From assembly GCA_964016885.1 (NCBI GenBank), contig OZ024752.1, forward strand, positions 21,948,001 to 22,012,000: a stretch of DNA of 64,000 bases, given 5' to 3'. This DNA comes from Eledone cirrhosa. Its lineage: Eukaryota. A model generated the notes under the pieces. The model worked only from the letters and a program-made list of their open reading frames with translations. It had not been told where the DNA came from and did no database searches. How positions within the stretch are numbered: position 1 is the first letter of the stretch; every line of letters starts with the position of its first letter. A program made the translations under genes and the position numbers. Positions 35,863 to 53,508 of this stretch are shown here, in pieces.

Positions 35863-37470
35863 ATATTTACATTACATATAGCTTGTGTATATAATGTATG
35901 TATATATATATATATATATATACATACATTACATATAGCTTGTGTATAAAATATATGTATATATATATACATACATTATATACACAAGCTATATGTAATG
36001 TATATATATATACATACATTATATACACAAGCTGTATGTATGTATATATAGCTTCTGTATATAATTTATGTATATATATATACATACATTACATATAGCG
36101 TGTGTATATAATGTATGTATATATATATATATATATACACATTACATATAGCTTGTGTATAAAATGTATGTATATATATATACATACATTACATATAGCT
36201 TGTGTATATAATGTATATATATATATACATACATTACATATAGCTTGTGTATATAATGTGTGTATATATATATATACATACATTACATATAGCTTGTGTA
36301 TATAATGTATGTATATATATATATATATACACATTACATATAACTTGTGTATATAATGTATGTATATATATATATATACATACATTACATATAGCTTGTG
36401 TATATAATGTATGTATATATATATATACATACATTACATACAGCTTGTGTATATAATGTATGTATATATATACATACATTACATATAGCTTGTGTATATA
36501 ATGTATGTATAGATATATATATACATACATTACATATAGCTTGTGTATATAATGTATGTATATATATATATATACACATTACATATAACTTGTGTATATA
36601 ATGTATGTATATATATATATATATACATTACATATAGCTTGTGTATATAATGTATGTATATATATATACGTACATTACATATAGCTTGCGTATATAATGT
36701 ATGTATATATATATATATATACATTACATATAGCTTGAGTATATAATGTATGTATATATATATATATATACATACATTACATATAGCTTGTGTATATAAT
36801 GTATGTATATATATATACATACATTACATATAGCTTGTGTATATAATGTATATATATATATACATTACATATAGCTTGTGTATATAATGTGTGTATATAT
36901 ATATATATACATACATTACATATAGCTTGTGTATATAATATATGTATATATATATACACATTACATATAGCTTGTGTATATAATGTATGTATATGTATAT
37001 ATATATATACACATTACATATAGCTTGTGTATATAATGTATGTATGTATATATATATATATATATATACATTACATATAGCTTGAGTATATAATGTATGT
37101 ATATATATATATATATACATACATTACATATAGCTTGTGTATATAATATATGTATATATATATATATATACATACAGCTTGTGTATATAATGTATGTATA
37201 TATATATACATTACATATAGCTTGTGTATATAATGTATGTATATATATACATACATTATATATAGCTTGTGTATATAATGTATGTATATATATATATACA
37301 TACATTACATATAGCTTGTGTATATAATGTATATATATATATACATACATTACATATAGCTTGTGTATATAATGTATGTATATATATATATATATACATT
37401 ACATATAGCTTGTGTATATAATGTATGTATATATATATACATACATTACATATAGCTTGCGTATATAATG

Positions 37471-37515
<45 letters not shown>

Positions 37516-38491
37516 TATTTATAGCTTGTGTATATAATGTATGTATATATATATACATACATTAAATATAGCTTGTGTATATAATGTATGTATATATATA
37601 TACATACATTAAATATAGCTTGTGTATATAATGTATGTATATATATATACATACATTACATATAGCTTGTGTATATAATGTATGTATATATATATACACA
37701 CATTACATATAGCTTGTGTATATAATGTATATATATATATACATACATTACATATAGCTTGTGTATATAATGTATATATATATATACATACATTACATAT
37801 AGCTTGTGTATATAATGTATGTATATATATATATACATACATTACATATGGCTTGTGTATATAATGTATATATATATATATATATACACTTTACATATAG
37901 CTTGTGTATATAATGTATGTATATATATATACATTACATATAGCTTGTGTATATAATGTGTGTATATATATATATATACATACATTACATATAGCTTGTG
38001 TATATAATGTATGTATATATATATACACATTACATATAGCTTGTGTATATAATGTATGTATATATATACATACATTACATATAGCTTGTGTATATAATGT
38101 AGGTATATATACATACATTACATATAGCTTGTGTATATAATGTATATATATATATACATACATTACATATAGCTTGTGTATATAATGTGTGTATATATAT
38201 ATATATATACATACATTACATATAGCTTGTGTATATAATGTATGTATATGTATATATATATACATATTACATATAGCTTGTGTATATAATGTATGTATGT
38301 ATATATATATATATATACATTACATATAGCTTGTGTATATAATGTATGTATATATATATATATATACATACATTACATATAGCTTGTGTATATAATGTAT
38401 GTATATATATATATACATACAGTACATATAGCTTGTGTATATAATGTATGTATATATATATACACATTAGATATAACTTGTGTATATAATG

Positions 38492-38536
<45 letters not shown>

Positions 38537-39041
38537 TACATATAGCTTGTGTATATAATGTATGTATATATATATATATATATACATTACATATAGCTTG
38601 TGTATATAATGTATGTGTATATATATATACATTACATATAGCTTGTGTATATAATGTATGTATATATATATATATATATATATACATACATTACATATAG
38701 CTTGTGTATATAATGTATATATATATATATATACACACATTACATATAGCTTGTGTATATAATGTGTGTATATATATATACATACATTACATATAGCTTG
38801 TATATATAATGTATATATATATATACATACATTACATATAGCTTGTGTATATAATGTATGTATATATATATATATATACACTTTACATATAGCTTGTGTA
38901 TATAATGTATGTATATATATATATACATACATTACATATAGCTTGTGTATATAATGTATGTATATATACATACATTACATATAGCTTGTGTATATAATGT
39001 ATATATATATATACATACATTACATATAGCTTGTGTATATA

Positions 39042-39079
<38 letters not shown>

Positions 39080-39103
39080 TACATATAGCTTGTGTATATA
39101 ATG

Positions 39104-39135
<32 letters not shown>

Positions 39136-39394
39136 CGTACATTACATATAGCTTGTGTATATAATGTATGTATATATATATATATACATACATACAGCTT
39201 GTGTATATAATGTATGTATATATATATATACATTACATATAGCTTGTGTATATAATGTATGTATATATATATATACATACATTACATATAGCTTGTGTAT
39301 ATAATGTATATATATATATACATACATTACATATAGCTTGTGTATATAATGTATGTATATATACATACATTACATATAGCTTGCGTATATAATG

Positions 39395-39433
<39 letters not shown>

Positions 39434-39461
39434 TACATATAGCTTGTGTATATAATGTATG

Positions 39462-39518
<57 letters not shown>

Positions 39519-39636
39519 TATATATAGCTTGTGTATATAATGTATGTATATATATATACATACATTAAATATAGCTTGTGTATATAATGTATGTATATAT
39601 ATATATATACATTATATATAGCTTGTATATATAATG

Positions 39637-39679
<43 letters not shown>

Positions 39680-40236
39680 TACATATAGCTTGTGTATATA
39701 ATGTATGTATATATATATATATATATATACATACATTACATATAGCTTGTGTATAAAATGTATGTATATATATATACATACATTACATATAGCTTGTGTA
39801 TAAATTGTATGTATATATATATATACATACATTACATATAGCTTGTGTATATAATGTGTGTATATATATATATATATATAAATTACATATAGCTTGTGTA
39901 TATAACGTATGTATATATATATACACATTACATATAGCTTGTGTATATAATGTATGTATATATATATATACATTACATATAGCTTGTGTATATAATGTAT
40001 ATATATATATACATACGTTACATATAGCTTGTGAATATAATGTATGTATATATATATATACATACATTACATATAGCTTGTGTATATAATGTATGTATAT
40101 ATATATATATACACATTACATATAACTTGTGTATATAATGTATGTATATATATATATATATACATTACATATAGCTTGTGTATATAATGTATGTATATAT
40201 ATATACGTACATTACATATAGCTTGCGTATATAATG

Positions 40237-40285
<49 letters not shown>

Positions 40286-40804
40286 TACATATAGCTTGAG
40301 TATATAATGTATGTATATATATATATATATATATATACATACATTACATATAGCTTGTGTATATAATGTATGTATATATATATATACATACATTACATAT
40401 AGCTTGTGTATATAATGTATATATATATATACATTACATATAGCTTGTGTATATAATGTGTGTATATATATATATATACATACATTACATATAGCTTGTG
40501 TATATAATGTCTGTATATATATATACACATTACATATAGCTTGTGTATATAATGTATGTATATGTATATATATATACATTACATATAGCTTGTGTATATA
40601 ATGTATGTATGTATATATATATATATATATATATATACATTACATATAGCTTGTGTATATAATGTATGTATATATATATATACATACATTACATATAGCT
40701 TGTGTATATAATGTATATATATATATACATACATTACATATAGCTTGTGTATATAATGTATGTATATATATATATATACATAACATATAGCTTGCGTATA
40801 TAAT

Positions 40805-40848
<44 letters not shown>

Positions 40849-40970
40849 TATATATAGCTTGTGTATATAATGTATGTATATATATATACATACATTAAAT
40901 ATAGCTTGTGTATATAAAGTATGTATATATATATACATACATTATATATAGCTTGTGTATATAATGTATG

Positions 40971-41030
<60 letters not shown>

Positions 41031-41057
41031 CATTATATATAGCTTGTGTATATAATG

Positions 41058-41134
<77 letters not shown>

Positions 41135-41896
41135 TACCTATAGCTTGTGCATATAATGTATGTATATATATATACATTACATATACCTTGTGTATATAAT
41201 GTATGTATATATACATACATTAAATATAGCTTGTGTATATAATGTATGTATATATATATACATACATTATATATAGCTTGTGTATATAATGTATGTGTAT
41301 ATATATATATATACATTACATATAGCTTGTGTATAAAATGTATGTATATATATATATACATACATTACATATAGCTTGTGTATATAATGTATATATATAT
41401 ATACATACATTACATATAGCTTGTGTATATAATGTGTGTATATATATATATATATATACATTACATATAGCTTGTCTATATAATGTATGTATATATATAT
41501 ACACATTACGTATAGCTTGTGTATATAATGTATGTATATATATATATATACATACATTACATATAGCTTGTGTATATAATGTATGTATATATATATATAC
41601 ATACATTACATACAGCTTGTGTATATAATGTATGTATATATATACATACATTACATAGAGCTTGTGTATATAATGTATGTATATATATATATACATACAT
41701 TACATATAGCTTGTGTATATAATGTATGTATATATATATATACACATTACATATAACTTGTGTATATAATGTATGTATATATATATATACATTACATATA
41801 GCTTGTGTATATAATGTATGTATATATATATACGTACATTACATATAGGTTGCGTATATAATGTATGTATATATATATATACATATATATATATAT

Positions 41897-42504
41897 GTCA
41901 GGTCACCAGTTGGTGCTACTGGTAACATGTATCCCAGTACAACCTGTCTCATGGTCGGGTCGTTGGCGACTAAACTGGCAACCCCACCAAGGTTTCTTGG
42001 TGAGGAGGGTGACTTTGGACATCCTGCAGGACTAAAAACAAAACCTGTCAAAGGGCAAAGGAACTCTTAAGAGTCAATGGCCATCCAAAATCACCGGGAG
42101 AGATGACCCCTTAGCCTTTGTCAAGGCAGAATTCTAGGAGAAGGAAAACTCTGATATAACACCTGCAACCCTGATGGTATCCAATGATGTTGACTTGCTC
42201 TTCTTTTTGGTAAATATCATCTTCGTTAAGAGAGTGGGACTGGCTTTGTGCAGTGCCTTTGCTCACTATAAAAGCTTCACTGCACAGGCATTGCTTTATA
42301 TCTGGAGATCTCTCTGCACTTGTCGTCACATGGTACCATGGGCCCAGCACTATGTGTCAATAATTGTCACAAGTGTAGTGTTTGTACCAGAGTTTTCAAG
42401 TCGCTGGCTGGACTAAAAAGTCACACTCGTTCAGCGCATCGGTAGGGGTTCTCCTACATGGATATAAAGTAGTGGCCGTACTCGAAAACGAGTTGGCAGC
42501 CACC
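41897..42504 (+). mobile_element. 608-bp non-autonomous RTE-like element, copy 1
   Basis: RTE 5'UTR-like motifs (ACTAAACTGGCAACCCC, GGAGAAGGAAAACTCTGA), a terminal C2H2-coding stretch and a 3' hairpin CTCGAAAACGAG. It sits in a TA spacer and is ~97% identical to 49577-50183. Confidence 0.75.
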
Positions 42505-42638
42505 ATATATATATATATACATTACATATAGCTTGTGTATATAATGTATGTATATATATATATACATTACATATAGCTTGTGTATATAATGTATGTATAT
42601 ATATATACGTACATTACATATAGCTTGCGTATATAATG

Positions 42639-42681
<43 letters not shown>

Positions 42682-43195
42682 TACATATAGCTTGAGTATA
42701 TAATGTATGTATATATATATATATATATACATACATTACATATAGCTTGTGTATATAATGTATGTATATATATATATACAAACATTACATATAGCTTGTG
42801 TATATAATGTATATATATATATACATTACATATAGCTTGTGTATATAATGTATGTATATATATATATACATACATTACATATAGCTTGTGTATATAATGT
42901 ATATATATATATATATACACATTACATATAGCTTGTGTATATAATGTATGTATATGTATATATATATACACATTACATATAGCTTGTGTATATAATGTAT
43001 GTATGTATATATATATATATATATATACATTACATATAGCTTGTGTATATAATGTATGTATATATATATATACATACATTACATATAGCTTGTGTATATA
43101 ATGTATATATATATATACATACATTACATATAGCTTGTGTATATAATGTATGTATATATATATATATACATAACATATAGCTTGCGTATATAATG

Positions 43196-43238
<43 letters not shown>

Positions 43239-43266
43239 TACATATAGCTTGTGTATATAATGTATG

Positions 43267-43310
<44 letters not shown>

Positions 43311-43431
43311 CATTATATATAGCTTGTGTATATAATGTATGTATATATATATACATACATTAAATATAGCTTGTGTATATAATGTATGTATATATATATA
43401 CATACATTATATATAGCTTGTGTATATAATG

Positions 43432-43498
<67 letters not shown>

Positions 43499-43502
<4 letters not shown>

Positions 43503-44393
43503 AAAAAGTTCAGAGAGCTTATACCACTATTAGCTGCTAAAGGGTTCTCACTAAAAATGAAAGGCAGGTTGTACGATGCCTGCATACGAACAGCAATGCT
43601 GCATGGCAGTGAGACCTGGGCATTGTGTGCAGAGGATATACGCAGACTAGAGAGGAACGAAGCTTGCATGCTCCGCTGGATGTGTAACAGTAATATACGT
43701 GAACGGCAAAGCATAAACGAACTAAGGAATAAATTAGAGATAAGAGGGATCAGATGTTGTTTACTCGAGAGAAGGCTACGTTGGTATGGACACGTGATGC
43801 GCATGAAAGTCGATAGCTGTATAACAAAGTGCAGGGCAATAAAGATAGACGGTAGTCACGGAATAGGCAGACCTAGAAAAACCTGGGACGAGCTGATAAA
43901 CTCCGACATCACACACTTACACCTCTCCAAGACAATGTCACTGGACCGAGACCTTTGGCGGTACTCAGTAACAGAGAAGACCCGCCTTACCTAAATATAT
44001 AGTAAAACCTACTCCAGCCAGTAGGCATCTCTAACAAAATACACCCCGTCCCACCACCCCCACCCCCACCCGATCCACACCACCCCGTTCTATGTAAAGT
44101 TATGTTGGTGCCGCGCCATCGAGGCCGAAACAAATGAGATCGTGTAGGTGTCACGACAAAAAAACACACAGTCCACGCTGTAATGTGGCCGTGTAGGCAA
44201 CACGGTAAAAACCTCCCAGACCCACACTGTAAATGTGGTTGGTGTTAGGAAGGGCATCCAACTGTAGAAAACCTGCCAGACAGTCCTATGCGAGCAAGAC
44301 AATCACTCTTGCCTCAAGTGGGACTACCCCCGTCCAAACCCATGCAAGCGTGGAACACGGACGTTAAACGTTGATGATGATGATGATGATGAT
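43499..44393 (+). mobile_element. RTE subfamily B 3' fragment in satellite
   Basis: Open frame WKKFRELIPLL..EKTRLT ending at 43994, then a 3' UTR and (GAT)n tail. Both ends lie in TA runs. Confidence 0.92.
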
Positions 44394-44452
44394 ATATATA
44401 TATATATATATATACATTACATATAGCTTGTGTATATAATGTATATATATAT

Positions 44453-44500
<48 letters not shown>

Positions 44501-45335
44501 TACCTATAGCTTGTGCATATAATGTATGTATATATATATATACATTACATATACCTTGTGTATATAATGTATGTATATATACACACATTAAATATAGCTT
44601 GTGTATATAATGTATGTATATATATATACATACATTATATATAGCTTGTGTATATAATGTATGTATATATATATATATATACATTACATATAGCTTGTGT
44701 ATATAATGTATGTATATATATATATATATATATATACATACATTACATATAGCTTGTGTATAAAATGTATGTATATATATATACATACATTACATATAGC
44801 TTGTGTATAAAATGTATGTATATATATATATACATACATTATATATAGCTTGTGTATATAATGTATATATATATATACATACATTACATATAGCTTGTGT
44901 ATATAATGTGTGTATATATATATATATATATACATTACATATAGCTTGTCTATATAATGTATGTATATATATATACACATTACGTATAGCTTGTGTATAT
45001 AATGTATGTATATATATATACATACATTACATATAGCTTGTGTATATAATGTATGTATATATATATATACATACATTACATACAGCTTGTGTATATAATG
45101 TATGTATATATATACATACATTACATATAGCTTGTGTATATAATGTATGTATATATATATATACATACATTACATATAGCTTGTGTATATAATGTATGTA
45201 TATATATATATATACACATTACATATAACTTGTGTATATAATGTATGTATATATATACATTACATATAGCTTGTGTATATAATGTATGTATATATATATA
45301 CGTACATTACATATAGGTTGCGTATATAATGTATG

Positions 45336-45367
<32 letters not shown>

Positions 45368-47026
45368 CATTACATATAGCTTGAGTATATAATGTATGTA
45401 TATATATATATATATACATACATTACATATAGCTTGTGTATATAATGAATGTATATATATACATACATTACATATAGCTTGTGTATATAATGTATATATA
45501 TATATACATTACATATAGCTTGTGTATATAATGTATGTATATATATATATACATACATTACATATAGCTTGTGTATATAATGTATGTATATATATATATA
45601 CATACATTACATATAGCTTGTGTATATAATGTATGTATATATATATATATACACATTACATATAACTTGTGTATATAATGTATGTATATATATATATATA
45701 TACATTACATATAGCTTGTGTATATAATGTATGTATATATATATACGTACATTACATATAGCTTGCGTATATAATGTATGTATATATATATATATATATA
45801 TATATACATTACATATAGCTTGAGTATATAATGTATGTATATATATATATACATACATTACATATAACTTGTGTATATAATGTATATATATATATACATT
45901 ACATATAGCATGTGTATATAATGTGTGTATGTATATATATATACATACATCACATATAGCTTGTGTATATAATGTATGTATATATATATACACATTACAT
46001 ATAGCTTGTGTATATAATGTATGTATATATATATATACATACATTACATATAGCTTGTGTATATAATGTATATATATATATACATACATTACATATAGCT
46101 TGTGTATATAATGTATATATATATATACATACATTACATATAGCTTGTGTATATAATGTATGTATATATATATATATACATACATTACATATAGCTTGTG
46201 TATATAATGTATGTATATATATATATATATACACTTTACATATAGCTTGTGTATATAATGTATGTATATATATATACATTACATATAGCTTGTGTATATA
46301 ATGTATGTATATATATATATATATACATACATTACATATAGCTTGTGTATATAATGTATGTATATATATATATACATACATTACATATAGCTTGTGTATA
46401 TAATGTAGGTATATATACATACATTACATATAGCTTGTGTATATAATGTATATATATATATACATACATTACATATAGCTTGTGTATATAATGTGTGTAT
46501 ATATATATATATACATACATTACATATAGCTTGTGTATATAATGTATGTATATGTATATATATATACACATTACATATAGCTTGTGTATATAATGTATGT
46601 ATGTATATATATATATATATATATACATTACATATAGCTTGTGTATATAATGTATGTATATATATATATATATATACATTACATATAGCTTGTGTATATA
46701 ATGTATGTATATATATATATACATAGAGCTTGTGTATATAATGTATGTATATATATATACATTACATATAGCTTGTGTATATAATGTATGTATATATATA
46801 TATATATATACATCCATTATATATAGCTTGTGTATATAATGTATGTATATATATATATACATACATATAGCTTGTGTATATAATGTATATATATATATAC
46901 ATACATTACATATAGCTTGTGTATATAATGTATGTATATATATATATATATACATTACATATAGCTTGTGTATATAATGTATGTATATATATATACATAC
47001 ATTACATATAGCTTGCGTATATAATG

Positions 47027-47089
<63 letters not shown>

Positions 47090-47113
47090 TACATATCGCT
47101 TGTGTATATAATG

Positions 47114-47156
<43 letters not shown>

Positions 47157-47312
47157 TACATATAGCTTGTGTATATAATGTATGTATATATATATACATA
47201 CATTACATATAGCTTGTGTATAAAATGTATGTATATATATATACATACATTAGATATAGCTTGTGTATATAATGTATATATATATATACATTACATATAG
47301 CTTGTGTATATA

Positions 47313-47363
<51 letters not shown>

Positions 47364-47827
47364 CATTACATATAGCTTGTGTATATAATGTATGTATGTA
47401 TATATATATATATATACATTACATATAGCTTGTGTATATAATGTATGTATATATATATATATACATACATTACATATAGCTTGTGTATATAATGTATGTA
47501 TATATATATATACATACATTACATACAGCTTGTGTATATAATGTATGTATATATATATAGATTACATATAGCTTGTGTATATAATGTATGTATATATATA
47601 TATATACATACATTATATATAGCTTGTGTATATAATGTATGTATATATATATATACATACATTACATATAGCTTGTGTATATAATGTATATATATACATA
47701 CATTACATATAGCTTGTGTATATAATGTATGTATATATATATATACATACATTACATATAGCTTGTGTATATAATGTATGTATATATATATATATATACA
47801 CATTACATATAACTTGTGTATATAATG

Positions 47828-47864
<37 letters not shown>

Positions 47865-47976
47865 TACATATAGCTTGTGTATATAATGTATGTATATATA
47901 TATACATTACATATAGCTTGCGTATATAATGTATGTGTATATATATATACATTACATATAGCTTGTGTATATAATG

Positions 47977-48039
<63 letters not shown>

Positions 48040-49110
48040 TATATATAGCTTGTGTATATAATGTATGTATATATATATACATACATTAAATATAGCTTGT
48101 GTATATAATGTATGTATATATATATACATACATTACATATAGCTTGTGTATATAATGTATGTATATATATATATATATATACATTACATATAGCTTGTGT
48201 ATATAATGTATGTATATATATATACATACATTACATATAGCTTGCTTATATAATGTATATATATATATACATACATTACATATAGCTTGTGTATATAATG
48301 TGTGTATATATATATATATATATATACATTACATATAGCTTGTGTATATAATGTATGTATGTATATATATATATACACATTACATATAGCTTGTGTATAT
48401 AATGTATGTATATATATATATACATACATTACATATAGCTTGTGTATATAATGTATATATATATATACATACATTACATATTGCTTGTGTATATAATGTA
48501 TATATATATATACAAACATTACATATAGCTTGTGTATATAATGTATGTATATATATATATACATACATTACATATAGCTTGTGTATATAATGTATGTATA
48601 TATATATATATATACACTTTACATATAGCTTGTGTATATAATGTATGTATATATATATACATTACATATAGCTTGTGTATATAATGTATGTATATATATA
48701 TATATATATATATATACATACATTACATATAGCTTGTGTATATAATGTATGTATATATATATATACATACATTACATATAGCTTGTGTATATAATGTATG
48801 TATATATACATACATTACATATAGCTTGTGTATATAATGTATATATATACATACATTACATATAGCTTGTGTATATAATGTGTGTATATATACATGTATA
48901 CATACATTACATATAGCTTGTGTATATAATGTATGTATATATATACACATTACATATAGCTTGTGTATATAATGTATGTATATATATATATACACATTAC
49001 ATATAGCTTGTGTATATAATGTATGTATGTATATATATATAATAATAATAATAATGAAATTATTGTGTATATATATATATATACATTACATACAGCTTGT
49101 GTATATAATG

Positions 49111-49152
<42 letters not shown>

Positions 49153-49268
49153 CATTACATATAGCTTGTGTATATAATGTATGTATATATATATATATTC
49201 ATACATACAGCTTGTGTATATAATGTATGTATATATATATACATTACATATAGATTGTGTATATAATG

Positions 49269-49309
<41 letters not shown>

Positions 49310-49333
49310 TATATATAGCTTGTGTATATAATG

Positions 49334-49374
<41 letters not shown>

Positions 49375-49540
49375 TACATATAGCTTGTGTATATAATGTA
49401 TGTATATATATATACATACATTATATATAGCTTGTGTATATAATGTATGTATATATATATACATAGATTATGTATAGCTTGTGTATATAATGTATCTATA
49501 TATATATACATACATTATATATAGCTTGTGTATATAATGT

Positions 49541-49576
<36 letters not shown>

Positions 49577-49578
<2 letters not shown>

Positions 49579-50183
49579 CAGGTCACCAGTTGGTGCTACT
49601 GGTAACATGTATCCCAGTACAACCTGTCTCATGGTCGGGTCGTTGGCGCCTAAACTGGCAACCCCACCAAGGTTTCTTGGTGAGGAGGGTGACTTTGGAC
49701 ATCCTGCAGGACTAAAAACAAAACCTGTCAAAGGGCAAAGAGCTCTTAAGAGTCAATGGCCATCCAAAATCACCGGGAGAGATGACCCCTTAGCCTTTGT
49801 CAAGGCAGAATTCTAGGAGAAGGAAAACTCTGATGTAACACCTGCAACCCTGATGGTATCCAATGATGTTGACTTGTTCTTCTTTTTGGTAAATATCATC
49901 TTGGTTAAGAGAGTGGGACTGGCTTTGTGCAGTGCCTTTGCTCACTATAAAAGCTTCACGGCACAGGCATTGCTTTATATCTGGAGATCACTCTGCACTT
50001 GTCATCACAGGGTACCATGGGCCCAGCCCTATGTGTCAATAATTGTCACAACTGTAGTGTTTGTACCAGAGTTTTCAAGTCGCTGGCTGGACTAAAAAGT
50101 CACACTCGTTTAGCGCATCGCTAGGAGTTCTCCTACATGGATATAATGTAGTGGCCGTACTCGAAAACGAGTTGGCAGCCACC
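49577..50183 (+). mobile_element. 607-bp non-autonomous RTE-like element, copy 2
   Basis: Same termini (GTCAGGTCACC..GGCAGCCACC) as copy 1. Confidence 0.75.
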
Positions 50184-50790
50184 ATATATATTTATATATA
50201 TATACATTATATATAGCTTGTGTATATAATGTATCTATATATATATACATACATTAGATATAGCTTGTGTATATAATGTATGTATATATATATACATACA
50301 TTATATATAACTTGTGTATATAATGTATGTATATATATATACATACATTACATATAGCTTGTGTATATAATGTATGTATATATATATATACACTTTACAT
50401 ATAGCTTGTGTATATAATGTATGTATATATATATATATACATACATTACATATAGCTTGTGTATATAATGTATGTATATATACATACATTACATATAGCT
50501 TGTGTATATAATGTATATATATATATACATACATTACATATAGCTTGTGTATATAATGTATGTATATATATATATATATATACATACATTACATATAGCT
50601 TGTGTATATAATGTATGTATATATATATACATACATACAGCTTGTGTATATAATGTATGTATATATATATACATTACATATAGCTTGTGTATAGAATGTA
50701 TGTATATATATATATACATTACATATAGCTTGTGTATATAATGTATGTATATATATATACATACATTACATATAGCTTGTGTATATAATG

Positions 50791-50859
<69 letters not shown>

Positions 50860-50889
50860 GTTACATATACCTTGTGTATATAATGTATG

Positions 50890-50940
<51 letters not shown>

Positions 50941-51058
50941 TATATATAGCTTGTGTATATAATGTATGTATATATATATACATACATTAAATATAGCTTG
51001 TGTATATAATGTATGTATATATATATACATACATTATATATAGCTTGTGTATATAATG

Positions 51059-51103
<45 letters not shown>

Positions 51104-51333
51104 GTACATTACATATAGCTTCTGTATATAATGTATGTATATATATATACATACATTACATATAGCTTGTGTATATAATGTATGTATATATATATATATA
51201 CACATTACATATAGCTTGTGTATAAAATGTATGTATATATATATACATACATTACATATAGCTTGTGTATAAAATATATGTATATATATATACATACATT
51301 AAATATAGCTTGCGTATATAATGTATGTATATA

Positions 51334-51382
<49 letters not shown>

Positions 51383-52972
51383 CATATAGCTTGAGTATAT
51401 AATGTATGTATATATATATATATATATACGTACATTACATATAGCTTGTGTATATAATGTATGTATATATATATATACATACATTACATATAGCTTGTGT
51501 ATATAATGTATGTATATATATATATACATACATTACATATAGCTTGTGTATATAATGTATGTATATATATATATATACACATTACATATAACTTGTGTAT
51601 ATAATGTATGTATATATATATATATATACATTACATATAGCTTGTGTATATAATGTATGTATATATATATACGTACATTACATATAGCTTGCGTATATAA
51701 TGTATGTATATATATATATTTATATATATATATATATATACATTACATATAGCTTGAGTATATAATGTATGTATATATATATATATATACGTACATTACA
51801 TATAGCTTGTGTATATAATGTATGTATATATATATATACATACATTACATATAGCTTGTGTATATAATGTATATATATATATACATTACATATGGCTTGT
51901 GTATATAATGTGTGTATATATAGATATATACATACATTACATATAGCTTCTGTATATAATGTATGTATATATATATACACATTACATATAGCTTGTGTAT
52001 ATAATGTATGTATATATATATATACATACATTACATATAGCTTGTGTATATAATGTATATATATATACATACATTACATATAGCTTGTGTATATAATGAA
52101 TATATATATATACATACAATACATATAGCTTGTGTATATAATGTATGTATATATATATACATACATTATATATAACTTGTGTATATAATGTATGTATATA
52201 TATATACATACATTACATATAGGTTGTGTATATAATGTATGTATATATATATATACACTTTACATATAGCTTGTGTATATAATGTATGTATATATATATA
52301 TATACATACATTACATATAGCTTGTGTATATAATGTATGTATATATACATACATTACATATAGCTTGTGTATATAATGTATATATATATATACATACATT
52401 ACATATAGCTTGTGTATATAATGTGTATATAATGTGTGTATATATATATATATATATACATTACATATAGCTTGTGTATATAATGTATGTATATATATAT
52501 ACACATTACATATAGCTTGTGTATATAATGTATGTATATATATATATATATACATTACATATAGCTTGTGTATATAATGTATGTATATATATATATATAT
52601 ATACGTACATTACATATAGCTTGTGTATATAATGTATGTATATATATATATATAGATACATACAGCTTGTGTATATAATGTATGTATATATATATACATT
52701 ACATATAGCTTGTGTATATAATGTATGTATATATATATATATACATACATTACATATAGCTTGTGTATATAATGTATATATATATATACATACATTACAT
52801 ATAGCTTGTGTATATAATGTATGTATATATATATATATACATTACATATAGCTTGTGTATATAATGTATGTATATATATATACATACATTACATATAGCT
52901 TGCGTATATAATGTATGTGTATATATATATATATATATATACGTTACATATACCTTGTGTATATAATGTATG

Positions 52973-53027
<55 letters not shown>

Positions 53028-53145
53028 TATATATAGCTTGTGTATATAATGTATGTATATATATATACATACATTAAATATAGCTTGTGTATATAATGTA
53101 TGTATATATATATACATACATTATATATAGCTTGTGTATATAATG

Positions 53146-53191
<46 letters not shown>

Positions 53192-53265
53192 CATTACATA
53201 TAGCTTCTGTATATAATGTATGTATATATATATACATACATTACATATAGCTTGTGCATATAATG

Positions 53266-53304
<39 letters not shown>

Positions 53305-53469
53305 TACATATAGCTTGTGTATATAATGTATGTATATATATATACATACATTACATATAGCTTGTGTATAAAATGTATGTATATATATATACATACATTA
53401 CATATAGCTTGTGTATAAAATATATGTATATATATATACATACATTAAATATAGCTTGCGTATATAATG

Positions 53470-53508
<39 letters not shown>

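Noticed and set aside
41897-41985. HDV-like ribozyme at the 5' end of the 608-bp element
   Set aside because: Partial pairings exist (CAGGT/ACCTG, TGT/ACA, a CTAA motif), but I could not build P2 and P1.1 in the required order. A covariance-model search is needed.
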